From contig JAUCBJ010008529.1 of NCBI GenBank assembly GCA_032718475.1, forward strand, positions 53,978 through 117,977: 64,000 nt of DNA, read 5' to 3'. The notes under the pieces are model-generated. The model saw nothing but the letters and a program-made list of their open reading frames with translations. It searched no databases and had not been told where the DNA came from. Within the stretch, counting starts at the first letter, position 1. The number at the start of each line of letters is the position of its first letter. Shown piece after piece: positions 50,490 through 63,582 of this stretch. The DNA comes from Nemertoderma westbladi. Lineage: Eukaryota; Animalia; Xenacoelomorpha. Both the position numbers and the translations under genes were made by a program.

Positions 50490-52050
50490 TCAACCCCAGG
50501 GCGGCACAGTGCCCCTGTACATACTTTACATATCCTGACCCCCAGGGCGGCAGGGTGCCCCTTTACATACTTTACATATCCTGACCCCCGGGCGGCACAG
50601 TGCCCCTTTACAAACTTTACATATCCTGAACCCCGGGCGGCACAGTGCCCCTTTACATACTTTACATATCCTGACCCCCGGGCGGCACAGTGCCCCTTTA
50701 CATACTTTACATATCCTGACCCCCGGGCGGCACAGTGCCCCTTCACATACTTTACTTATCCTGACCACAGGGCGGCACAGTGCCCCTTTACATACTTTAC
50801 ATATCCTGACTCTCGGGCGGCACAGTGCCCCTTCACATACTTTATATATCCTGACCCCAGATCGGCACAGTGCCCCTTTACATACTTTACATATCCTGAC
50901 CCCCGTGCGGCAGGGTGCCCCTTTACATACTTTACATATCCTGACCCCCGGGCGGCACAATGGCCCTTCACATACTTTACATATCCTGACCCCCGGGCGG
51001 CACAGTGTCCCTTTACATACTTTACATATCCTGACCCCCGGGCGGCAGGGTGCCCCTTTACATACTTTACATATCCTGACCCCCAGGGCGGCACAGTTCC
51101 CCTTTACATACTTTACATATCCTGACCCCAGGGCGGCAGGGTGCCCCTTTACATACTTTACATATCCTGACCCCCAGGGCGGCACAGTGCCCCTTTACAT
51201 ACTTTACATATCCTGACTCTCGGGCGGCACAGTGCCCCTTCACATACTTTATATATCCTGACCCCAGATCGGCACAGTGCCCCTTTACATACTTTACATA
51301 TCCTGACCCCCGTGCGGCAGGGTGCCCCTTTACATACTTTACATATCCTGACCCCCGGGCGGCACAATGGCCCTTCACATACTTTACATATCCTGACCCC
51401 CGGGCGGCACAGTGTCCCTTTACATACTTTACATATCCTGACCCCCGGGCGGCAGGGTGCCCCTTTACATACTTTACATATCCTGACCCCCAGGGCGGCA
51501 CAGTTCCCCTTTACATACTTTACATATCCTGACCCCAGGGCGGCATAGTGCCCCTGTACATACTTTACATATCCTGACCCCCAGGGCGGCAGGGTGCCCT
51601 TAACATACTTTACATATCCTGACCCCCGGGCGGCACAGTGTCCCTTTACATACTTTACATATCCTGACCCCCAGGGCGGCATAGTGCCCCTTTACATTCT
51701 TTACATATCCTGACCCCCGGGCGGCACAGTTCCCCTTTACATACTTTACATATCCTGACCCCAGGGCGGCAGGGTGCCCCTTTACATACTTTACATAGCC
51801 TGACCCCCAGGGCGGCAGGGTGCCCCTTTACATACTTTACATATCCTGACCCCCGGGCGGCACAGTGCCCCTTTACATACTTTACATTTCCTGACCCCCG
51901 GGCGGCACAGTGCCCCTTTACATACTTTATATATCCTGACCCCCGGGCGGCACAGTGCCCGCCTCTTTACATACTTTACATATCCTGAACCCCGGGCGGC
52001 AGGGTGCCCCTTTACATACTTTATATATCCAGACTCCCAGGACGGCAGGT
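50490..52050. repeat. 45-bp minisatellite (CCCTTTACATACTTTACATATCCTGACCCCCGGGCGGCACAGTGC), ~34 copies
   Basis: Direct periodicity, with an internal 407-bp higher-order duplication (ORFs at 50905 and 51312 begin identically). Confidence 0.97.
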
Positions 52051-52891
52051 TGCTGCCTTTATTTAAAACATCTTATATACATAACGTTATTATAACTATT
52101 GGGACGGCAAAATGGAGTTCGTATTCTTGTTAGGCAGGTAAAACTGGTCTAAAAAAGTTAATTTAATAATGCTTGAAGAGATTCCTATTTGATGGAAGGT
52201 ACTTTAAATTACATAATTTATGAAATCACATGCAATTTATATTCAATTTAGCCAACAATTATGTTCCAAATGGTTCCAAATGGTTAAGGCGGCACTCTGC
52301 CGCCTTTGGGGGTAGAATAAGTAGTAATATGGTTATCCTCTTTATATAAAAATCTCCGGCGCGGCGGTACGATAAGAAAATAAACTGTAGCTGTAGTAAA
52401 TACAGCAGTAAAACACAATAAAACCGTTGTGTAAACTGTAGTGAATAAACTGAAATAACTGTAGAAGCCACAACACGAAGTATAAGTAGAAGGGCCAGTA
52501 TTACTCTGGGTGAACCTCGACTTGGCTAATGATCTCGGTTTAATCTCAGAAACATTGGATGGTGTCCAAAGACTATTTAAGCAATCTAAAAGGGCGAAAC
52601 ACTTTAGTAGGCGGAGTCTAACCGAACTGGCACAGTTAGTGGTTGTAGTTATCATTGTCGTTTTTCAATTTTGATATGCTAATAATTTTGTGAGATTTAT
52701 AATTGTTTATAGTTATTGCAGTTCACCAGTGGTGTGCTGTTAAAGGGTGAAATGTCTGAGAGTAAAATCCTTCTACCATTTGGTATTCTTGTTTAACCCT
52801 TCCCACCTGATACGTCGTTATATTTCCACCAAATTTTGGGTTTCGCCTTTTCTACTTTCACTTGTGATCATTGTGTTCAACTTGCATGTAG

Positions 52892-53102
52892 GTACCCGGG
52901 TTTCCAATCTAGTATGGACAGCAACCACCCTGCCAAGTACCCTGATCCCGCTAGGAGGAGTGCACTACAGTCGGCATGGAGAGAGAATGTTCTACACTCC
53001 GCTTCTAGAATGCCGACACTGCCAGAGCGCGATGTGTTACCCTGGAAACTACGTCACCTGGAAATTGATACTATTAGTCATCCGAAATCATTCTTCGGGC
53101 AG
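52892..53102 (+). CDS. CFAP92: CFAP92-like exon F
   Basis: gcatgtAG|GTACCC ... GGGCAG|GTAATA. Encodes (R)YPGFQSSMDSN...WRENVLH...PTLPERDVLPWKLRHLEID, similar to recalled WKENSLF..PVLDRDRWSW. 211 nt, phase 2 to 0. Confidence 0.85.
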
Positions 53103-53389
53103 GTAATACGATTTACTAAACCTGAAGCGACTTGCGGTATATAATACAAATACCAAAATTTAAAAGTAAAAAATTAAAAAAGTTATTAAAATTTTGGAGT
53201 TAGAAAAATTGTTTATCATTGTAGATTTTTAGAACTCAGCTTTACTTTACTACAGTCAGTAGGGCTTAACTGTCAATATATCAACTGTAATATGTTGTCA
53301 AATATACACTTTTATAATTTACTGTATGTAGGCCACATATTGATCCAACTTGTTCCCATATGATAACTGTTCTCGTTATCAAACTCTAG

Positions 53390-53599
53390 GAATTTCCGCC
53401 GACCATGTACTTAGCCGGAGATACGTTGGCTAAGGAACAGGCTGACTACCAACACAAGGAGAGGGCGGTTTGGTCCAGGAAATTAGTCGCCAATGGATCC
53501 ATGAAGTTCCACCGAGTTGGAACTAGTTCGGAACTACAACCCGTTTCTACCGAACAGCTGTCTAAACTCTACGGTTTACTGAAAGATCCGCCAAAAAAG
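53390..53599 (+). CDS. CFAP92: CFAP92-like exon G
   Basis: ctctAG|GAA ... AAAAAG|GTAACA. 210 nt open, EFPPTMYLAGDTLAKEQ...MKFHR...GLLKDPPKK; phase 0 to 0. Confidence 0.8.
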
Positions 53600-53832
53600 G
53601 TAACAGTAATTTATAACGAATTTTTGTTGAAGTTCTCTATAATATTTATAATCGAATTCAATAAAGAAATTTAATTTCTATAATGTCTATAGGAATATCT
53701 ATATATAAAACATGACACAACACAAATGTTTTTAAGCTATTACTGTAGCAGCTCATCTTAAACCCAACTTTTCTTTCCTTTATTATGGTTACCACTAGGG
53801 GGTTTATTAATCTGGTCTATATTTTGTTCTAG

Positions 53833-53944
53833 GCTTCACTGAAGAAGGGCGGAGATATAAGTCAATTACCGGCGTTAGGAGTTGTCAACTATCCGTCTGT
53901 TGATATGGTTGCTAGGGAACGTGGACTCAATATACCTGACTCTG
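53833..53944 (+). CDS. CFAP92: CFAP92-like exon H
   Basis: ttgttctAG|GCT ... TCTG|GTAGGC. 112 nt, ASLKKGG...PALGVVNYPSVDMVARERG; phase 0 to 1. Confidence 0.7.
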
Positions 53945-54539
53945 GTAGGCTGGAATTACATTATTATCATGTGGTCGCTGTGTTGTCGGCTATGCTCTTG
54001 GTATGTCTGTATGCCGGTCTGTCTGCCCAATCTGAACGGGTGTACGCGATAAGAAGTACTGTATGCCTTTACTCAGATTATTTTTATAGAAATATAAAGA
54101 ATGATGAAAAATTTAGTTATCTAAAATAGCGAGAAGATTTAAATTATTCCTTAAACCTTATACACCTTTATATCAGAATGTACACTTGTTCACGTCAATC
54201 AATCTTCTGAACAAATTTTGCTAAAAATGGGATCCTTTTTAGATCAAAATAGGCCCAAAATTTGCCATTTTGGGGCCTTTTAGTTCCAAAAAAAGTTCCG
54301 TTCAGAATAATTTGATGCAGGTGTCTTCTGAACTTATAATCCAAATTTCGACAATAATTTATCAACAAATATTGATGGAGAAATAGCCTTTGGCGTAGAA
54401 AAAAAAGGTAACTTTTGGCCATTACAGTGCCATTTTGGGGCCCATTTTAAAATATCTGGTTTGGATATTCTTAAACCACCAGTAAATATTATGTAAAGAA
54501 CATTTAATATAAGAATTCAAATCATATTATATGAATTTG

Positions 54540-55790
54540 AATTAAATTAAAAGCATGTCCAATCATAAAGCGAGTGGATTAGATGAAATCCCTGCAGAGG
54601 TATTGAAAACAGGAATGCTAAACAGACCATTATTGGATGTTTGCAACCGGATGTTAAAGGGAAAAGCCACCACCAATTTGGACTAAAGGTCAACTAAAGC
54701 CTCTCCCCAAGAAAGGAGACCTCAGTATACCAACAAACTATCGTGGGATCGGTCTGCCTGTGGTAGCTGCCAAAATATACAATAAAATGATTCTATATAG
54801 GATTAGGCCTCACATAGAGAAACTACTGCGTAAGAGCCAAAACGGATTTCGACCAAATAGATCAACAATAGCTCAGATACTTGCACTACGGAGACTGATT
54901 GAAGGAATTAAGTCATAGAATCTCCTCGCAGTCATGACTTTTGTGGACTTCAAAAAGGCATTCGACTCAATCCATAGAGGTAAAATGCTGGAAATCCTAA
55001 GAGCTTATGGAATACCAGAAGTAATTGTTGCTGGCATTGGATTGTTATATTGAAACACAGAAGCGCAGGTACTCTCACCAGATGGTGAAACTGAGTTTTT
55101 CTCAATCCTGGCTGGCGTACTGCAAGCCCCGCACCATTACTATTTGTAATTGTGCTGGATTACGCAATGAGGACGGCCACAAAGGGTGAAGATCTGGGAT
55201 TCACACTTCAAGAACGCAGAAGTAGTAGATATCCGGCAACTACAGTCACAGACACCGACTTTGCGGATGACATCGCCCTGCTCTCTAATATGCTAGCAGA
55301 TGCACAGCTTCTACTAAATAAAGTGGAGAGGGCTGCTAAGGAGGTTGGATTGCATATAAATGCTACCAAGACCGAATTCATCACCTTTAATGTTGATGGA
55401 AACTTGACAACCATGGATAATATTCAACTAAGGAAGGTCGATGACTTCCAGTACCTTGGATTATGGATAGAGAGTAGCAAAAAGGACATAGAAGTTAGGA
55501 AAGCAAAGGCTTGGGTGCTCTATCAAAAATGGATACCATCTGGAAATCAGATCTCTCCAGGCACCTGAAGACTAAGTTCTTTCAAGCCACAGTGGAAAGT
55601 TATCTTTTATACGGGGGTGAGACCTGGACACTGACTAAATCACTTGAACAACGAATTGATGGTTGCTACACAAGACGACTAAGGGCAGCCCTAAACAGCA
55701 GGTGGAGACAACACATGACAAACGCCGAGCTTTATGGTACAATACCACCTGTATCAACCAAAACGCAGATTAAGATTCAGTGGGTACAGC
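54540..55790 (+). pseudogene. Decayed non-LTR retrotransposon (RTE-like) reverse transcriptase fragment
   Basis: KASGLDEIPAE, PLPKKGDL...NYRGI, QNGFRPNRST, FVDFKKAFDSIHR, GVLQ, DFADDIALL, FQYLG, VES.LLYG.ETW motifs, with several stops and frameshifts. Confidence 0.9.
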
Positions 55791-56813
55791 TGGAGAAGAG
55801 TTCGCTTGACATACAGTAGTGAAACAGCACGTATTCCCACTGTATAATGGATATGCGTTAGCGTTACATTACGCAATGTTTGCTAATTAATTGAAACGGT
55901 TTAATCATTAAGTTGTTGTAATAAGAAGTACTTCTATACTTCCCAACCTGTTTTATCGACTACCATTACGGACATTAATTAATTAATTAATTAATTTAAA
56001 TAATATTACTTTTTTTAATTCGTTGACAAAAAGTCAGATTGACGTTACTGAGTATTGTTATTGAATTTATTAATTCATCCATTAATTATTAGTTAGTAAT
56101 AAGTGCAGCCGATGACTACTGTACAGTGTACAGTACACCTTGTGACGGGATCCCCGAGTTGGCGAGGGAATCCCGACCGGTGTGTTTTCGTTTGGATAGT
56201 ACGCGTCGCCGCGTCCGCTGGCTGCTGAAAGGCTTGTGGTATCTGAAAGGCCGGAGGCCGATAGAATAACTGAGTTTTTAGTGGCAGTTGTTCGTAAAGA
56301 CAGAATACAATAATAGCACAATCAGTATACAATAATAGCACGGTTACTGACGACGACGGTTTAAACCGTCTTGGTGGGATAAATATTTCTCCATTTGACG
56401 CAACACCGCCGCGGCCGCTATGAGGGAGGTGAATACCGCGGCCGCTCCTAAAGCCGCAGGCCATCGCTAACTATATAGGTTAACTTGGGATTCTGGGGGA
56501 CTTTTCGATGAAGGAACTGACCAAATTTTTTTATTTTCTCACCAGGGGAGCGGCTCGGAATTCTAAGATATTAGCAACTCTAACATTATTAAATCTAACC
56601 CTTCGACGGACACGGCGGACAAAAAACCGTCATTTTTTCGACAATTTTAAAATTTTTTTGAAAGGCGCTCTACAGTGGCTCGAAAAAACCCTAGGTTATT
56701 GCTTAGCCGACGCCGGGATATGATAGAAGGGATTAATTAGTGAATTCGTTTTTTTTTTCAAAAAAGATTACCACGCCTTTTTTCCGAAAATGTCCGTCAA
56801 AGTTAAAAAAACG

Positions 56814-58035
56814 TGTAAAAGCTTTTGTGGGATAACTGATTCGTTTGCCTTGTTGGCCAGTTCCCCCCCAGTCGCTAAGAATACTCTCAAAGTGATCTAC
56901 AGCTAAAAATAGTGCAAGTTACCAGCTTATTGGCTGATTTGCTGTACGCAGGCATCTGGGCTCTGTTTAATCGGCCAACAAGCCTAGGGAGGTTGCGTCA
57001 TAGCCTTGTTTTGTATCTCCCAATAGAATTTGAGTTATCCTTGATGTTGACCTATCACAGAGTACTGAACTGAAAATTTCCTATCTCACTGCTCTTTCTC
57101 TGTGTTGAACGGGAGCTTCGTGGAATAAGGGAGTTGGTATCCTCGTATAGAGCAGTAGTCACGAGTTTTTCAAAGCCACGAAAGAACGGCTTTGTAGTGT
57201 TTTATGCTTTCTGCTTTTTAGCTCAACACTAGGAGGTTTAATTATAAGGACATATATCCTTTAACTGACTGATGATCAAACAAAACTGACCTGGCGGCTG
57301 ACCAAACGCACCTGATGACTGATTGATTGTCTTAACTCAAAACAACTGGCCCGATTGATCTGTCAATACTGTACTGCTATTTGTTATCGGTTATTCATTA
57401 TATTTGTTGATGAATTATTATATTGGAATAACGAGAAATAACCCCGACACCCAATATTCTTGATATACCGAAGGTAAGAGAGAAAGGTTACCAATAACGA
57501 TTGTGACTTATGTTAAAGTGGTTTGAAGTGAATCTAATGTTATTTGATAGACCCTACATGAGTCAGCCTGTGTTCCTTTTATATGTGACTAAAATCAGTA
57601 AAGATTGGCAGATTAGTGTGCAGTATTGTGCAGCATTGTGTGCGAGTGAGTCTGTTAAAGAAGCATTCCTAAAGAATGCGCCATATATGTGAATTATAAT
57701 TAAGCCATATCGTTGTGAGTAGTTTAAGTCATAACTCCGTTTATATAGATAAAGCGCCACGTCCTAAAGGAACTGTTAATATTCCCGAAGATAAATAATA
57801 TTGTCAGAGATTATATAATACTGTCAGTCGAATAATACATTAGGCTTACATAGCAACAAAATTAAACCGTCGAACCCAATCTCCCGGGAATATCCAGCGG
57901 GTGAATGGTCGCGCACGGATTGGTTTCGACTAGTGTAGTGAATCAAATACTTGTCATAGGCTAAAAAGCGATTTAATATCTAGAAGACATCTTAATTTGG
58001 CGGGTTAAACTGCCAAAGGTCTGAAAGCGCGAACA
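56814..58035 (+). mobile_element. Solo LTR (1222 bp) related to the BEL/Pao element, opposite orientation, diverged
   Basis: Starts TGTAAAAGCTTTTGTGGGATAACTGAT and ends GAAAGCGCGAACA, the same termini as the full element read on its minus strand. TSD AAACG at 56809-56813 and 58036-58040. Shared internal block ATAGATAAAGCGCCACGTCCTAAAGGAACTGTTAATATT. Confidence 0.92.
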
Positions 58036-59045
58036 AAACGGACAAAATGACTTTGCGGGATCCGCTATAACTCGGCTAATATTAATCGTACGGGGACGAA
58101 AGTAACGCGGTTGGAAAGGGGAAGAGTGGTACTACCTTCGTATCGAATGGGGGTAAGATATTTATTAAAATTCCGGGTGGAAAAAGGGGCTGTAAATTTG
58201 TACGTTTTTGTCCGTCTTTTTTGGAAAACTTATTTCCGAAATGTTTAATTCGACAACGCGGGTAGGAATCCACTAATTCTTTTATGAAACTCGTAGAAGA
58301 CCATTGGGGCTACGTTCCTATCGAATGGGGGTACAAAAAATATGTCGGCAATAGGGGCCAAAAAGGGCCAGAATTTGTAAAGTAGTTTTTATCGAATAAT
58401 TTTTTATTTTTAACTTTAGTTGGTTAAGGTACATTCTATACAGTCAATATCCATACGGGGAATTCAAATATGCTATCGGTTTTGCTCCAAGGATGATATT
58501 AAAAAAATGAGGGCCAAAATTATAATTTCGCGCTTCAAACTTGCTTCGCGGGAAATCGTCTAGCTCGAAAACTACTTAACTTACGGGAGATTTGTTTACA
58601 CAGACTTATAGTGCGTTGAATTATCTATCTAACAGCGTTAATCACAGCGCCGGAGGTATTATAAAACGGGAGCGGCAGGCGATCGTGTGAAATATAATAT
58701 TTATAAAAAGGGACGAAAAATTTTTTTTTTTAACAAATCGCTATTCCATTATAATTTAGCGTATTGCGCCAAAAGTACCTGTAAAAAGTATCAAATTAAC
58801 TCCGCTATCTTTTATCTTAACATATATAATTAAAATTACGAATTTTAAGGGTCGAAAAATATCGCGTTATTTTGGCCCTTTTTTTTAATTTTTTTGGGGC
58901 CAAAAATAACCCCTTCTCAAAAGATTAAGAAAAATATTACGGCAAAGAATATACCAATTTTATTGAATTTGGACCACCAGAACCGAAGTTAGAGCGATTT
59001 TAATGAAAAAATAAAAATAATTTTTTTTGCAAAAAAATTAAGAAT

Positions 59046-59123
59046 GGTCAGGTCAATATTGGATTTCGAACCCGCGAACTTAGGTTTCATTAACGTGATT
59101 GATAACCACTAGACTATGTGACC
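59046..59123 (-). pseudogene. Degenerate tRNA-like sequence (A/B-box remnant)
   Basis: Minus strand GGTCACATAGTCTAGTGGTTA...GGGTTCGAAATCC...TGACC. The anticodon and T stems pair poorly, so it is not a functional tRNA. Confidence 0.35.
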
Positions 59124-61433
59124 AAGAGAATTTGAAATTTTCGAGTGACTATTTTTAAACATAAATAACTTCGGTTCTACAGGGCCGTTTAATCTGAAAC
59201 TTTTTTCATTGGATAGAGGATAGATTGTAGTGTGTGAAATAGGATACAACTTGGGAAAAGACTTATGTGCACTTAGTGCAAAATGCACTTAAATAGTGAA
59301 CATTTTTTCGATATTTCAAACACTATTATTTCCAGTTCTATTCATCGTAGAATGTTATTTTTTGGATTAAAATGTAGTTTGGAATGATTTCTAACTATAA
59401 TCGTAACATTTGTTTAACTTTTTATGTCTATAAAGTGACTTAAAATGTCCATGAATATGGTCCAAAATCGCAAATCCAGATTTATTAAATTGGATTTTTG
59501 ACACTTTTAGCGACTGACACTTGATCATACACCATCGTAGATCGGTAGAGGATAAACATAAGTTTGTTAAATAAGAGCCACCATTACGATCTGCTAAAGT
59601 GCATTTGTACAAATAAGTGTGCAAAAGTGCAAATTTTTTAATAAGGTCAAATTATATAGTATTGGGTTATTTTCTTTGCAGATACTTTATTTTCATATTA
59701 ATATGTTGTTTGAACCTTACTGAGCGCATTAGGGGATATGCGTACAAATAACCGGCCCTTATGAGGCTTCGATTGGGTAAATTAATAAAACATAAGGTTG
59801 TATAGTATAATATTCTAAAAACCAGTGTGATATTAAATGCACTTTAAATAATAAATAGAAATCAAATAACAATTGGACCACACAATTAAAAACTCGCACA
59901 ATTTTGTACTTATTATATCGCTTCAAATTAATTCAACAGTGGATATTTGGGGGAAGGGGGAAGTTACAATGTGCATTCGGGGGAAGTTTGGTGAACTGCA
60001 TTTATGCAGTGAATCCAAACTTCCCCCTTTGATATATCATATACTTAAGACATGCTAGGGTGACGGGGAAATATTTGTTACTGTCACACTTTGCTTCCAT
60101 TTATCCTATCCTTTATTATTACCCCAGTCAGATAAGAGATAATAAATCAGTAAAAACTAAACTAAACTGTCTTTCATGCAAACAAATTTCTAATTAAAGA
60201 CGGGTGAATGACCATGACCATGGAAATAATTTTAAATATAATTGTATATCAACTATTTGGGGAGGCTTCCAAGTTAAACCCGAAAACAATTATTTTGTTA
60301 CATAGTAAATAACGTTGTATGTTCTTCTTCCTCTCATAATAAAATATAAATGAAATATCTCAGATCGCTATGCCCTGTAACATTTCACAACCAAAATATT
60401 TAAGTGTGAAAAGTGTAGGCCTACCACACTCCGCCCAAACAACCGCAAACGCATAGCCAACAAATTTAACAAAAGGTTACATACATGTTGGGTTCATGAC
60501 GAGATGAGTGAAAATTGATCGCGTAATATAAAGTAAAAAATTAAGAGACGGGCTGGCTCTCCTCCACTTTCTTACCCAATGGATATGTTGTTGTAATAAT
60601 CTAATATTGGGGCGGCTTTCTCTCGTTTCCACACTCTCATAAACCAACTGAACAACAGGTAATAAAGGCAACGGTTATATTACTAACACATATGGAATAT
60701 TGCTACTTAGTACTTGGCCTGGCCAATGGATGCACCTTAATCAGATGGCAACCTGCCCCACCATTGGCTAATCTATTCTTCCCTCCCTTAGCATTGGCAC
60801 TCCCTGTTGTCTAATGCCCACGTGCTAGCTTCCTTCGTCCCCACTGAGATGGCTTGTATCCTTTCATCTCTCCCTGTGGCTGGCAATGTATATTGCCTTC
60901 GTTGGTTGTTAGGTGACATTATATTGGTAATGTCACCTAGCCAACTATAATTGGTAAAAAGCCACTTTCCCCCTTACACACCTTGTTTTATTAATAATAT
61001 ACATTGCCTCCAGCAAATTAAAATATAATTTCTTCAAGACGCGTTACCATATTCATAATTTTTGTAGACATTATTGTTTATAGTTAATAGCACCGGTGGG
61101 AAACATTAACGCTAAATACTGTACTCATGCATGGGAAGGCAAGAGAGTAATGAGATTGAGGTAAAACGAACAGGAATGGCTGCATATTTAACAACTTGGA
61201 TGGATAAAAAAATACAGTATTGTCCTCCGCTGATTAACTTCTCGTGATTCGCCTCCGCTGACGTGTCCGCGCTACATACTCTACAGTCAGCATCCACCAC
61301 TGGCTGTTTTATAATGTTGACACAATTACTGTACTGCACCGTTACTCAAAAACAAATTTATCAATGCGGATGTCATTCTAATATTTGGCTATTGGTTAAT
61401 ATTACTCTAATCGTACTCTGTATCTTATTATAG

Positions 61434-61584
61434 GTCGCATTACACCTGCCCACAGTTCTAAAGGTTACACAGTTGGTCCCCATAGCAACAAGAGTATGTT
61501 CTTTGAATCCAATAAAATACCCCTTGAATCGCTTCGTGGTTTACCGGTGAAGGGAACGTTGCCGAAATTCAATCTTATAAACAG
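61434..61584 (+). CDS. CFAP92: CFAP92-like exon I (putative)
   Basis: ttattatAG|GTCGC ... AAACAG|GTTTAC. 151 nt open, phase 1 to 2, bridging exons H and J; GRITPAHSSKGYTVGPHSNKSMFFESNKIP... Support is mainly phase and splice signals. Confidence 0.6.
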
Positions 61585-61806
61585 GTTTACTGTTATTATA
61601 CTGTACGTTATATATTCTGTACAAAAATGTTTATTGAGTTATGTTCTTTTGTAATGTTATTTATTACAATGCTATAAGAAAGTGCGAGTAGAGTAAAGTG
61701 AACAAAGTTCTTTGTTTACTGTAGTTCTTATTTTATAAGCTGCAGGTAGGCCTTTTTCTATGTATTATAAACCGTACTGGTAAATTGTTGTATTTTTTTT
61801 ATTAAG

Positions 61807-61966
61807 ATCCGTGGATAATGTGTATCGACCTTCAATTGAGAAACTAACAGCCGAAGAAACCAAGAATAATCAGCTGTTTACAATGGTAGCTAAGCAACAG
61901 GAAATCCCCATGTACCAACGCGAATACAGATATGCTTTGCTACAAAACGATCCGATTTTAACTTAA
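61807..61966 (+). CDS. CFAP92: CFAP92-like terminal coding exon J (putative)
   Basis: ttttattaAG|ATCC. Reads (R)SVDNVYRPSIEKLTAEETKNNQLF...PILT* with TAA at 61964-61966; phase-compatible with exon I. Confidence 0.6.
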
Positions 61967-62060
61967 GACTAATTATTATGACTCACTGTTGTAGTACTGC
62001 AGCATCTGTTTACAGTATGTTTTGCTTATAATTATTTGAGTTGACATTTAACATAAATTA

Positions 62061-62310
62061 CGGCAGCTTGGTCTAGTGGTGACATTCCTGGGCTTCCAAT
62101 TAGGTAGCCATGGTTCGATCCCTAGATGGGGCAGGACTATTTGGGCACAGTCCTTTAAATGCTGCAGCCTAGCCCAACCGCGGCTTTCATCTTTCAGTGG
62201 TCGATAAATGGGAACCAAGGCAACTTGGGAAACAGAGTGGAAGGGTTTACTGTGGAAGATCACCCATGGTGGTGCACAGGCATTCCTTGGCTTAACGAGC
62301 CTAACAGATT
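62061..62310 (+). mobile_element. tRNA-derived SINE with Nin-like central domain
   Basis: A box TGGTCTAGTGG, B box GGTTCGATCCC, then GCTTTCATCTTTCAGTGGTCGATAAATGGGAACCA resembling the recalled Nin-domain consensus. Confidence 0.7.
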
Positions 62311-62879
62311 CTCACATTAATTTTACATAAATACATAATTAGTTATTATTATTTATGAACTAGAAAGCCAGCAAGCTGGCTATAAGAAGACCATCTATAA
62401 GACAACAAAACCGAAAAACTAAAAGATAATCTAATCCCCAATCAAATATCAATCGCAATCAATATGTAAACTCCTCCCACCTTCCATGCAGCCTTTGATA
62501 AAGCAGAATTAATGCCATGACTAGTTCGGAGTTCTCATTAGACAACCCACCCCAACCATTGGATTTACTGAGACATACCGGCCAGCTTGCTACCTGTCTT
62601 CCCAGCTAGCCATAGTTAAATAATTATACAACGTTGCTATGATACAGAGAAAATCCTTCCCTATTCGCTACCATAGGCAAAGTTGCTGCGTGAGGGAATA
62701 TTACATATTTATACACTATTTTATTTTCAATCAATAAATAATCATACACCGTTCCGCCGTTAGGGTTTAGGGTTGCATGACAGTTTTAATTAGGGTTTCG
62801 GGCCGCTACTCTTGAAATCTGGGAGGAGGGGGGGGGGGGGTGGGGGGGGGGGGTGGGGGTGGTCATAAGGCCCGTTTCC

Positions 62880-63582
62880 AAGCAGCTTTTTTGAGCTTTT
62901 TTTAGTTAAAATAATTTCTAGAAATTAATTGCTTCAAGATGAATCTGAGAATTTTCGAATACTAAATCCTAAACTATAAAAAAAAGCTCTAAAAAAAGCT
63001 AGAAAAAAGTTTGAGAAAAAGCTCAAAAAAAGCTTGAAAAAAAGCTAAAAAAAGGATAGTTCTTTTTACAGAACACACCCAAACAGACCCGAACACACTC
63101 CAAAAACTGCCGAACACAATGCTTTGCTTTTTTTTGCTTTCTATAAGGAAATCCCCGAAATTATTGAATAAAATTGTCGTGAAATTAAATATTCATTTCT
63201 TATCAGGTAGGCCTATCATTTGTTGTGTACTGCTGTACTGTATAACAAACTATTTAGGGAAGCCTACCGGGTACCGTACCTGTCACATAGTAATAACGGG
63301 TTAGCTACAATAGGCTGTTTGCCTGTGTGCTGGAATAGCTTGGGCTGGGACTGATTGCTGAGGATATGAATTAGGAAGTTAAGCCCGTTACCGTACGTAC
63401 TGTACTGTACATGACGTACGGTACAACACGTCGGTACAACATAGGTACCGGTACGTACCTGCCTACTGCTGCACTCTAGAAAAAAAGCTCAATAAAAAGC
63501 TTGCAATAAAGCTCAATAAAAAGCTTGCAATAAAGCTCAAAAAAGCTAGAAAAAAGCTCAAAAAAAAGCTCATAAAAAGCTG
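62880..63582. repeat. Clusters of short A-rich AAAAAAGCT repeats (62884-62905 inverted; 62978-63052 and 63478-63582 direct)
   Basis: Directly visible; possibly subterminal repeats of an unclassified DNA transposon. Confidence 0.6.

Noticed and set aside
50457-51682. Cys/Pro-rich repetitive ORFs on both strands
   Set aside because: Products of the 45-bp minisatellite, open on both strands, with no splice or homology support.
52500-52610. Possible tiny RT remnant (NLDLANDLGLISETLDGVQRLF resembling DLDFADDIALLS)
   Set aside because: Too short and degenerate to call without a search.
56080-59750. Possible non-autonomous DNA transposon hosting the solo LTR (scattered short inverted motifs)
   Set aside because: Could not define TIRs, TSD or coding remnants by eye.
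62061-62135. Functional tRNA gene
   Set aside because: A and B boxes are present but the cloverleaf stems are poor and it continues into a SINE body.
62759-62800. TTAGGG-like telomeric motifs
   Set aside because: Only 2-3 imperfect copies; not an array.
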